Source: Octopus sinensis (lineage: Eukaryota). From it: 38,968 bases of DNA. Location of the stretch: NCBI RefSeq assembly GCF_006345805.1, contig NW_021835764.1, forward strand, positions 1 through 38,968, read 5' to 3'. Numbering within the stretch: the first letter of the stretch is position 1; the number at the start of each line of letters is the position of its first letter. The notes beneath the pieces were generated by a model. That model saw only the letters and a list, made by a program, of their open reading frames with translations, did no database searches and was not told the origin of the DNA. Positions 1 to 9,831 of the stretch are shown here, piece by piece. The position numbers and the translations under genes are program-made.

Positions 1-129
1 AACAAGATCTCTCTTTGTATGACGCTCTTATCTAGACTGGCCAGCCATCATGGGGCCTCAAGATTCATGAAAGCGAGAAAGACAGATAAGATAAAGCAGT
101 CGTAAGTATGCAAAATGGAGGGTTACGAC

Positions 130-250
130 CATATAGTCCTGATCTAGCAAATCTAGGCTGAATAACGTTTTAACCGTAACCAGCTCGTCTTTTTAGACAT
201 AGTTAATCTCAGATTACATTATCCAATACGTCCTCCCAATTGTTTTAAAG
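130..250 (+). repeat. Degenerate copy of dispersed repeat family C (short retroposon-like)
   Basis: Segment aaccagctcgtctttttagacatag...attacattatccaat aligns with 28985-29040 (aaccatcccgtctttgttcaaacattg...catattgtctaat) and with the reverse complements of 745-826 and 1700-1878. Confidence 0.45.
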
Positions 251-351
251 CCGGCAAGTGACTCACTATTGTTTAGCCAGTTTCGAATCTTACTTATAAT
301 CAACATGTTTCTGTTTTCCTAACTGTGTAGTCCTCCTGTGACAGTTATGTT

Positions 352-510
352 ACCTTGGCAGCTTATTTGGACAATAGGTAAACTCGCTAACGCATCGGAC
401 AAAATGCCAATGGATAGTTCTCCCTGTTCTTTACATTCTGTGTTAAAATTCTGCCGAAATCAACTTTACCTTTCATCTTTACAGGGCTAATAAAATAAGA
501 TACCTATCTA
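352..510 (+). mobile_element. Degenerate tRNA-derived SINE, family B
   Basis: Decayed match to better copies (7428-7630, 11105-11322): ...ctttacattctgtgttaaaattctgccgaaatcaactttacctttcatc...ataaaataagatacc. Confidence 0.6.
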
Positions 511-744
511 GTATTGGGGTTATTAGTATTAAGAAAACCCTCCCTTCAGAATTGCTGGTCTTGCGCCTGTGTTAGCAGCTATTATCAATAGTATTTATAT
601 GTTTTCGAACACATTGAAACTGAAACATTTTGAAGGTTGCTACTATGAGTTGATCGATCTGCAAACATAATAGCCAAATTTCATCAAATAAAACCCTACA
701 GTTGTTAAAGTGAATACAAGTACGTGTCAGATACCCTCCCTTGA

Positions 745-826
745 AGATATACTGTGGTCATTCCACCGAAATCCTTTGATCATAGCTCTGCTTGATCCAT
801 GACTGACCTCAGGATAAACAACAACC
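745..826 (-). repeat. Family C repeat, 5' part
   Basis: Reverse complement gttgttgtttatcctgaggtcagtcatggatcaagcagagctatgatcaaagg resembles the starts of the copies at 28895 and 31535. Confidence 0.4.
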
Positions 827-1097
827 TGATATCTTATTATAACATTCTAAGCCCTCTAGCATATAGATATTTATTTCCATCAGAACAATCCCGTTAATTG
901 ACATTTAAAATGGGTTTTACTATGCTATCGTATTATATAAGTTGGGAGTGCCAGGCTAATGTCTTCAGAAAGTATGAGTTACAGATTTCACATCATTTTC
1001 CCATACTAAATTGTATTTATCACAATTTGGCAATGCATAGGATATTAACCTTATTTGTTTATGAGATACATAGCAATTGTCTTAAACGTGCATATAC

Positions 1098-1310
1098 TCT
1101 TTTACTTCTTTCAGTGATTTGAATGTGGCCATGCTGGAGCACTACCTTTAGTCGAGCAAATCGACCCAGGACTTATTCTTTGTAAGCCTAGTACTTATTC
1201 TATCGGTTTCTTTTGCCGAACCGATCGCTAAGTTACGGGGACATAAACACACCAGCATTGGTTATCAAGCGATGTTGGGGGACAAACACAGACATACAAA
1301 CACACACAAA

Positions 1311-1392
<82 letters not shown>

Positions 1393-1551
1393 CATATATA
1401 CGACGGGTTCTTTCAGTTTCCGTCTACGAATTCCACTCACAAGGCTTGGTTGGCCCGAGGCTATAGTAGAAGACATTTACCCAGGTGCCACGCAGTGGGA
1501 CTGAACCCGGAACCATGTAGTTGGTAAGCAAGATACTTACCACACAGCCAC
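1098..1551 (-). mobile_element. Full-length tRNA-derived SINE, family A, with internal (TA)n
   Basis: Minus-strand head GTGGCTGTGTGGTAAG (A-box-like) ...GGTTCAGTCCC (B-box-like), internal microsatellite 1311-1400, 3' tail GGTAGTGCTCCAGCATGGCC. Colinear with 12833-13218 and 23688-24081. Confidence 0.9.
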
Positions 1552-1699
1552 AAATATATATCCTTCAATGTATATAGTTCAGAATAATTTCACCAAAGAA
1601 TGTATGACTATTTGTGTCATTCTCAACTATATGTAATAACCAATACTGTACTGAAGTGTATTTCAACAGCACTTCCAAAATTACATGAGATATGAATAG

Positions 1700-1878
1700 A
1701 GTCAGTGAGGGCTTGCGTTAGAAATAGCAGTTAAAATATCCTCTAATCTCATGCTACAATTTTAAAAAGATAAAGGATATTTGATGATATAGATTTAGAT
1801 ATCACTAGATCCGCGACCGGAACCCTCTCATCGTTGGTTTCCTCGCTGCAAGGTTGGTCTGGAGTTAAAACTCAACCG
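1700..1878 (-). repeat. Family C repeat
   Basis: Reverse complement ...tcaaatatcctt...gagattagaggatattttaactgctatttcta matches 29066-29100 (gtaatttgaaggagattcagattctattgcta). Confidence 0.4.
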
Positions 1879-2124
1879 TATTTATTTTCGGTACTTTTGT
1901 CTTAAATGAATTGGTGTGGAATATGCATTGTGTTGCTCGGTAGTGATAGCAGACAATGATTTTGAATATCACATGTCTTATATCAATAAAACAATGACCA
2001 GTAATACATTTTATTTACACAAACATCCTTATTAATACTAGCCTTGTACATATTTCTTCATTATGATCTTGTTAGAATGAGTTAAACTATTTTCCAGCTT
2101 TTTTTTTTCTTTCCAGCTTTTTTA

Positions 2125-2310
2125 GAGGAGAAATCTCACCCACTTCCAGTCCGATCTAAAACCAGCTCTTCACCGCATCGTCAAAACAATTCTACCCCAA
2201 ACTGCATCTTTCCACGCCACCAGACTGTCGAATTCCGCTCTCGTAATACTATCAACGCACCTCAGAGCTAGCTCTTATCTTCTTTTAACTCTTCAGCCAA
2301 CCACCCTACC
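2125..2310 (+). mobile_element. Decayed 3' end of a CR1-group LINE ORF2
   Basis: With frameshifts it reads IFPR-TRLSNS...NTINAPQS*LLSSFNSSAN, resembling the conserved C-terminal FFPRTxRLWNSLP...LSSFKSxxN tail of CR1/L2-group ORF2. Locally higher GC. Confidence 0.45.
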
Positions 2311-3306
2311 CGCCTTAAGGATATATCTCGATATTTGGAAATGTCATACGTTTCTTATTCGATAAAGCAAACTCGTGAGCTAGGAGCGGCTTCATGTAGT
2401 AGAGGTAATATGGATAACTCCTTACCCACTACCATATGGATAGAATAAGAATATGGAAAGTAATTTGTTTCCATACCTCATAATATAGATATAACAAACA
2501 ATATAACAAATACTTGATAACTCTTGTAAAATATCATTTTTCAACTACATGCAAATACTATATGCTCTCTAAAGCCCATAATATTAGGTTATATCACTTC
2601 CGTCATCACATGCTGCAACAGAAAAGACATTTCAACTCAGAAACGCACCAGCAACCACCAAAATTAAGCTACCTGCCTCCTGGTGAGATTCTGGCTTTTA
2701 AAAAGCATGGCTTATAAAGCAACATTTACGCTACCAGATGATATCCGGAGGAAATCTACGTGACTTACTGCTAACAGCTCAAGGGAGAATACAATCAACG
2801 CCTACATTCTTGTAGGTTCATGAGCTCCAACACATTTTCGCTAACGGTATTATTGCAGGTTTTGTCTGTCTGAGAAATTGTATATTGTAAAGTAACCTGC
2901 GGTTATCTCCTAAACAACAAATCTAAGGGGACTTCTAATTGTCGTCACATTTTTCTTTTGATCATTTTCATCTGTATAACCCGGAAAATCCGAGAAAAAA
3001 TTAACGAGTAGTCTCCATTACTAACGAAACTTAATGTTAATGGGGTTGCTTCCTTTAAATCGCAGGAGAGCCTTTATATACCAGCGGTGACCTATAACGT
3101 TTTACGTTAGCGGCCTGTAACAATTAACTCGTGAACTTTCATGGTCAGAGAGAACCAAGCTTACCAACAACTAATAGCTATCTACCTTTCAAGACATATT
3201 GAAGTAAACCTACACTCACGTCAGACATTTTCATGATTAGATACGTGTTTTCCTGCCCGTGAAACTCTGAGTAATGTGCACTTGAGTGAACAACTATTCA
3301 GCTACA

Positions 3307-3370
3307 CGCGCGCCGCACACACACACACACACGCATGCGCACGCGCGCACGCACACATACATGCATACAC
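3307..3370. repeat. Mixed (CG)/(CA) alternating purine-pyrimidine tract
   Basis: cgcgcgccgcacacacacacacacgcatgcgcacgcgcgcacgcacacatac is read directly from the sequence. Confidence 0.9.
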
Positions 3371-3769
3371 ACGGCTAAGCTAACACAATGTTTCTGCCAA
3401 GTTTTAGTAGTAATGTATTGGTCAACAACAAGGCTACGCCAGAAGATATTTTTTGTCGAACTTTGAACCACGTGGTTGCGAAGCAGCTAATTTCTCAACC
3501 ACACAACCATAGAGGAACACAGAGACTAAAATTTCCCCCAACATCATTAATTTTCCAAAATAATGAATGATGTGTGAAAACATAAGAATTTAACCTCAGA
3601 AAGAGAAATTTGGATATTTAGCAAAAGGTTGTCAAAGACGAGACGATTTCTTTGGGAAAAAAGATTAATTTATAATATCTTATTTCACATACTAAAATGA
3701 TTTTCTTTTCCTTTCAACTACATAGTCTTCTGTTATATATGTGTATATGTGTGTGTGTGCTTGCGTGTG

Positions 3770-3802
<33 letters not shown>

Positions 3803-5104
3803 TTGAATGTATTTCAGATGTTTGTGTTTGTGTATTTGAGTGTGTGTGTGTGTGCGTGTGTGTGTGTGTGTGTGTGTTGATTTGTTTCTGTTATTTTAAT
3901 TCTATTTTATTTCAAAGGAACTGCGTATGTTTGAGATCCTTGTGTTCCTCACACGATTATAACTCGTATTTTTTTAAGTATATTTTCAAATATCTTAATA
4001 TGATTATCAAACCAACATGGTTTTATTTTCAAAAGAGTTGCTGGAATACTAGTGAAGATTTTTATCTTTTTATCCACTTAACGCTGCAATTCTTTAACAC
4101 AATTAATCTAGCCAATACTTCCAAAGGAACCAAAAATGTGTGTCGCTAGTTCTTTTTGCTTTTGTTTTTTTACTATTTTTAAATATTTTATTGGCTTTTA
4201 TATTCTGTGAATTTATATTTATGAAATATTTAGTTTGATAGACTGTTATAGAAATATGGCCTATTTTACATTTTATGAAGATCGTTTTTTTTTTTTAGTA
4301 TTAACACAACTGTAAGAAATACCCACATCATTCGAAAGAAATTTATTCTCGTCAAAAATAAAATATAAATAAATGAATAAATAAAAGTGTTAAACAACAT
4401 ATAGAAACAATCTCATAATTTAATCAAAGCAGACCATAAAAATGTAGGAATATCTTACGAGAGAAATGTTAGCACTTTCCTATTTTAATATTTTTTGACC
4501 TTTCATACAAACGTACGATACAAACAATAAACAGAAATTTTAAAGTGACAAAAATTCAATACGCTTTTAGATTGAGAATTATAGCTTATATCTTAGTGAT
4601 CGATCAAAAGCCTCACTGTTAGACCTTCCAGTAAAAAAAAAAAACAACTACCGCACGTTCATTTTACGTATTTTATAAGTTGATTAACTCTTTGTTATAT
4701 TTTCATTGCAGGGACATCAGTCCACCTAATTTTGGAAGTAACTCTGCTTATATAGCTTGTGACTCATGCAACGTCTATGCATTGTTTTGTGTAGATCACG
4801 AAGTTTCGATAAAATATTTAGTGAATTCATAATTCTACTAAATCCCAGAGTTCGAAAATTCAGATACAATAGTAATAGGAAGTTATGTCTACTGCAAACA
4901 CAGATGTTTAATATAACTTAATATCTAAACATAGGAAAGTGTAGGACAGCAAGAAAATAAGAGGTAAGATGCATACAAATTGAAAATTTGCCTATATGTA
5001 CATATATATATATATAGGGAGAGTTTACGAAAAAACAAAAGACGAAGACAGGTGGTGTACAAAACAAACAGATATATTAGTATAACGCTCAGGAATAGAA
5101 AAAG

Positions 5105-5147
5105 TCTTTTTGCGTTTCGAGCCTACGCTCTTCTACAGAAAGGGACA
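5105..5147 (-). ncRNA. Second copy of the hammerhead-like motif, cleavage triplet mutated (GCA)
   Basis: Identical to 5349-5390 except GAAACGCA instead of GAAACGUA and one extra A in the 3' stem I strand. Confidence 0.35.
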
Positions 5148-5225
5148 CAGAAAAAACAAGGAGAGAAAAAAATGTGTGTAGTGGCTAACGATCTATCATG
5201 GCGATATATATATATATATATATAT

Positions 5226-5263
<38 letters not shown>

Positions 5264-5348
5264 AGAGTTTACGAAAAAAACAAAAGACGAAGACAGGTGG
5301 TGTACAAAACAAACAAATGTATTAGTATAACGCTCAGGAATAGAAAAA

Positions 5349-5390
5349 GTCTTTTACGTTTCGAGCCTACGCTCTTCTACAGAAAGGGAC
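5349..5390 (-). ncRNA. Minimal type I hammerhead-ribozyme-like motif (variant core)
   Basis: RNA GU(CC)CUUU-CUGUAGA-A-GAGC GUAG GCUC-GAA-ACGU-A-AAAGAC. It has stem I, core CUGuAGA (A6U) plus an extra A, a 4-bp stem II, GAA, a palindromic ACGU stem III and a GUA cleavage triplet. Confidence 0.5.
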
Positions 5391-5456
5391 ACAGAAAAAA
5401 GGAGAGAAATAAGGAGAGAAAAAAATGTGTGTAGTGGCTAACGATCTATCATGGCG

Positions 5457-5508
<52 letters not shown>

Positions 5509-5510
5509 TA

Positions 5511-5663
5511 CCCAATGCGTAACTAGTACTTATTTCATCGACCCCGAAAGGAGGAAAGGCAAAGTCGACGTCGGCAGAATTTGAACGCAGAACGTAAAGA
5601 TAGACGAAATGCCGCTAAGCTTGTTACTCGGAGTTTTAACGATTCTGCCAGCTCGCCGCCTTT
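5511..5663 (-). mobile_element. SINE family B
   Basis: atcgaccccgaaaggaggaaaggcaaagtcgacgtcggcagaatttgaacgcag...gattctgccagctcgccgcctt is the reverse complement of the family B head and body. Confidence 0.85.
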
Positions 5664-6008
5664 TTATTACTACTAATAATGACGTCAAACCAAATAATAT
5701 TTTGTTCGTCCCTCTTTGAAGAAGGAAACGTTTTTAAATATTCATTAATGCACATAAGTTTAAAGAAAATTGTGAGGATTCTCGTGGAATGAATAGTAAA
5801 GTACATGAAACAGCATCACTTTTATTATTTATGGTTTTTTTTATTATTGTTCATACTCTACAAAAAAAACAGTAAAATAATTTATACATTCTCTTACACT
5901 CACAATATTTTGTAAGTGTTTACTTAAATTTAAAAGTACAAATAAAATAACAAAAATCATGTATATGCATACGCACACATACACACACACAAATATATAT
6001 ATATGTAT

Positions 6009-6077
<69 letters not shown>

Positions 6078-6133
6078 GACATATATGTGCATATTTGAAT
6101 TTTTTTGTATATGCTTATGTATATATGTATATG

Positions 6134-6477
6134 CGTAGGGCACCATTGCATAGTATCAAAGATCCCAACATCGCCATCAAAATACGGAACCAGATACTGC
6201 AATAGCTTGTGTTTCAAGAGCTCACAAATCTTCAATATCCCTCCAAAATGCCTGAGAGACCTGCTGGGTGTGGATGTAGTTGTCTTCAAAACAAAACTGG
6301 ATCTTCTCCAGTCAGGGGTTCCAGATGAGCCTACCTCACCGCAAGAAACGCAGATGAGAGCAGCAACTTCAAACTCCCCACTTCACCAAATTCCACATAT
6401 CAGAAGAGGCTTCAAATAATGGTGAAGCACAGCCAATGATGGTGCCCCAGCATGACCGCAGCCTTAAAGCTGAAAGA
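6134..6477 (+). mobile_element. 5'-truncated CR1-group LINE 3' end (ORF2 C-terminus plus 3' UTR)
   Basis: Open frame GHHCIVSKIP...YCNSLCFKSSQIFNIPPKCLRDLLGVDVVVFKTKLDLLQSGVPDEP...RAATSNSPLHQI* matches the NSL...FNxLP...FKxxLD...PDEP...SNSL C-terminal pattern of CR1-group ORF2. It starts abruptly after a microsatellite. Confidence 0.8.
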
Positions 6478-6855
6478 TGTTAAACAGTCAAAGAGTATGC
6501 GTCTAAGTATATGTATGTATCTATTGTGACAATGCATGTATGTATATTTATATTTGTACATTTAGATATATATGCATTTATATTTTGTCTTTACTTTGTT
6601 ATTGGTTTCAGCCAGTGGTTGTAGCCATGCTGGAGCAACACGATTAGTGCCATTGCATATTTATTTCAAATTAATTTCCCGGATCTCACCCGTTATTAAT
6701 ATCCGTGCAGTAGTGGGTTGGACAACGCTGTGGGTTCAACTGGTATCTCAGATAAAAATTAGTCTAAAGGATCTTTGAACACACAACGTCTCCAAGACCT
6801 ATTTCTGTTGGCCCTTGAGCCCTAAACACGCTCATATATGTATATATTGATTTCA

Positions 6856-7043
6856 AATTGTGGTACAAAGCCAACAATTTCAGGAGAGTGGGTAACTCGA
6901 TCACATCGACCCCATTCTTCAACTGGTATTTATTTTATCGATACCGAAAGAATAAAAGGTAAAGTCGATCTCGGTGGAATTTAAATTCAGAACATAAAAA
7001 CGAACGAAATGCTGCTAGGCATTTTGTCCGGCTCGCTGCCTTA
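6856..7043 (-). mobile_element. SINE family B, degenerate
   Basis: atcgaccccatt...tttatcgataccgaaagaataaaaggtaaagtcgatctcggtggaatttaaattcag...gctcgctgcctt. Confidence 0.8.
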
Positions 7044-7182
7044 TACACATATATACAGACATATAACTGACGTTTAATTTTATATTCAGTTATAATAAAA
7101 ATAATTTAGCATTAGACTGAATAGACTCAATACTTTCGTAAGACTTTTTATGCTCTTACAAAAAGAACGGTGACATGACAGT

Positions 7183-7214
7183 GACTTCGAAGTTTCGGCC
7201 CACTAGCCGTCGTC
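7183..7214 (-). ncRNA. Truncated hammerhead-like motif (5' stem I strand lost to a microsatellite)
   Basis: RNA GACGA-C-GGCU AGUG GGCC-GAA-ACUUCGAAGU-C: partial core, stem II, a perfect palindromic stem III and a GUC triplet. C3/U4 and the 5' stem I strand are replaced by (TACA)n-like sequence. Confidence 0.4.
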
Positions 7215-7408
7215 GTATGTTTGTATGTATGTATTCACTCATACACTATTACAATTTTATATAAAACTGTGGTCGATAAAATTAAACCTAGAACTCGGCT
7301 GGTGCATATTTTTCATGAAATATGATCAATAAAATCAACCACAACATGATTTGAACTCAAAAATTACTAAAGAACAACTAAAGAATATCTAAGTTGTATT
7401 AACAAATA

Positions 7409-7817
7409 AGGCGGCGAGCTGATAGAACCTATTTCTTTACTACCCACAAGGGGCTAAACGCAGAGGGGACAAACAAGGACAGACAAACGGATTAAATCGA
7501 TTACATCGATCCCAGTGCGTAACTGATACTTAATTTATCGACCCCGAAAGGATGAAAGGTAAAGTCGACCTCGGCGGAATTTGAACTCAGAACGTAACGG
7601 CAGACGAAATACGGCTATGCATTTCGCCCGTTAGCACGACAGACCGAATGCTTAGCGGCATTTCGTCCGTCTTTACGTTCTGAGTTCAAATTACGCTGAG
7701 GCCCACTTTGCCTTTCGAGGTTGATAAAAAGAGTACCAAGTTGATCACTGGGGTTGATGTAACAGACTTACCCCTCCTGCAGAAGTTGCTGGCCCTTTGC
7801 CAAAATTTGTAACCAAT
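7409..7817. mobile_element. Nested SINE B: a minus-strand copy (7428-7630) inside a plus-strand copy (7409-7427 and 7631-7817)
   Basis: The host head aaggcggcgagctgatagaac is interrupted and resumes at ttagcacg...atgcttagcggcatttcg. The insert reads as a 5'-truncated family B on the minus strand, with a different tail. Confidence 0.85.
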
Positions 7818-8556
7818 ACATATTAACAATCAGTTCTGACTTAAGCAGAAGGTCAGAAATTCAAGGGAAAGGGAACATTCGAATATATCGAGTCCAGTAC
7901 TTTATTTTATCACCTTTATATGAATGAAAAGCAAAACTGACCTCGTAAAGAACCGTAACTATATTACGCTTAATAGCAATAATAATAATACACACTATAA
8001 GAGAAAAATAAACAGCTATAGAAAAGCGATAAGATTATGTAACGTTCACCCAATAATATTGTTTCTCTTTATCTCCCCTTCTTTGCTGCTTGGTAAAGTC
8101 ATAAAATATATTTAAGCTACTTAGAGACAAACTCGAGTGGAAGGCAAACAGCTGTTACGTTTTATGCTTGTTATTCCGTCAATTTGCCCGAATCATCGTT
8201 AAACCAATTTGACACATCAATAACAACTAGCAGCCCGTAATGAAATGAACCTTATAACATTTGACTCTTATATATGTATGTACATATATATATATATATA
8301 TTATATATATATATATATATATCTATATATATATATATATATATAATATATATATATATAGATACATATTTATATATTTATGCATACATACGTGTAGCAT
8401 GATTCCATCCATACATACATACCTACATACATACATACATACATACATACATACATAATATATATGAGGGAATATTATTCCAAATTTACAGGGAAAAATT
8501 CAATTTAGGAATACTAAATCAAATTTCACAAAATATAATATATATGTGTGTGTATA

Positions 8557-8666
8557 AATTAGAAGAAAACCACCTTTTATCAATTCAAAATGAAAAACTA
8601 AATTTTCTAGATGGTGTAATTTAATTTTTCATTTTGAATTGATAAAAGGTGGGTTTTTTTCTAATT
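8557..8666. repeat. Near-perfect inverted repeat (48/49-bp arms, 13-nt spacer)
   Basis: 8557-8604 versus the reverse complement of 8618-8666 differ by 2 substitutions and 1 indel. Confidence 0.95.
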
Positions 8667-9008
8667 AATATATATATATATATATATAAACTATGATGAA
8701 AATATGATTCCATTCGATCATGTGACAGAATGATAGGAAACTGTTCACCTTCCAGAAAATGAAGCCGACAAAATATTACTAACGCTGAAACGTTATGTAA
8801 TATCGAATTCCAATGCAACAATATAGTTATTTTTTTTTAAATACAAAGGTCACCGGTTTCTTTACTGTTCAAATGCTACCAATACCGACCCTGCCTGCCA
8901 TCTGCCCAGGGCTATTAAAATTAAAGAACCAGTTAATAATTTGAAATATATATATTATATGTATACCTAAATCAATAAATTATACTTATTATTATTATTA
9001 TTATTGCT

Positions 9009-9227
9009 AAAGCGGAGAGCTGGCAGACTCGTTAGCACACTAGTTAGGGGCATTTCATCCGTCTTTGTGCTCTGAGTTAAAATTCCGCTGAGGTCGATTT
9101 GCCTTTCATTATTTCGGGATCTCCTACAAAATTGTACCAATATTAAGCACTAGTGAAAACAGGGGGTCGATGTAATTGACTAGTTCCCTCCCCACAAATT
9201 TCAGGCCTTGTGTCTTTAGTAGAAAGG
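9009..9227 (+). mobile_element. SINE family B with 12-bp TSD
   Basis: Family B head, body and tail, flanked by ATTATTATTGCT at 8997-9008 and 9228-9239. Confidence 0.85.
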
Positions 9228-9717
9228 ATTATTATTGCTGTTGCTGTTTCTATCCTTCTTCATTTTGTTGCTGTAGTTGTTGTTGTTTATCGATGAAACT
9301 GAAAATGTGTTGAAAGATCTGTTAGTTTGAGCCTTTTTATTCTTTATAAAAGTTTATGTTAATTTTATTATTCTATCTTGTTTCTTAGTTGACCAAAATT
9401 TTAAAAGGAAGAAAATATTTCAAAATCACTTCATCATTACTGACCAGCTAACAAAAAAATTAAAGTGAGAAGCGGTTCGGAAGGTGGAACCGTATTCTTT
9501 AGTGATCTTCTAACAAACAATACTACAGATACAGAAGTAATTAAATATAATTGCAACAATATCATTAGCAACAACAGTAGCAGAAGAAAGAGCAATGACA
9601 TGTCAAAGGACCGCGCAGCATTGTCAACAGCGGAGAATTTGTGCTTTGCCACCGCCGCCATTACTATAGCAACAAATTTGCAGCACAAACAAAACCACCA
9701 CCCTAATAAGAAGAAAT

Positions 9718-9831
9718 AAGGATTTCAAATTTTGGTACAAAGCCAGCGAGATCGGGGTGTGGGGGGACGAATTCGATTACATTGTTTTGTCGACCTTGAA
9801 ATGGTAAAAGGCAAAGTCGATCTCGGCGGCC
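9718..9831 (-). mobile_element. 5'-truncated, internally deleted SINE B with 13-bp TSD
   Basis: Family B tail and core. Direct repeat AATAAGAAGAAAT at 9705-9717 and 9832-9844. Confidence 0.8.

Larger units (their letters stand above)
5017..5506 (-). mobile_element. Head-to-tail tandem of a ~190-bp element plus (TA)n spacer (period 244 bp); Penelope pLTR or retrozyme-like
   Basis: Units 5017-5203 and 5261-5456 are near-identical, and each is followed by (TA)n. Each carries a hammerhead-like motif on the minus strand. Confidence 0.75.

Noticed and set aside
1-107. Possible exon ending at GTAAGT (102-107)
   Set aside because: The window edge truncates the context, the peptide was not recognised, and a lone donor-like hexamer is common.
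5017-5506. CRISPR-like repeat-spacer array
   Set aside because: There are two long units with microsatellite spacers in a eukaryotic context and no cas genes.
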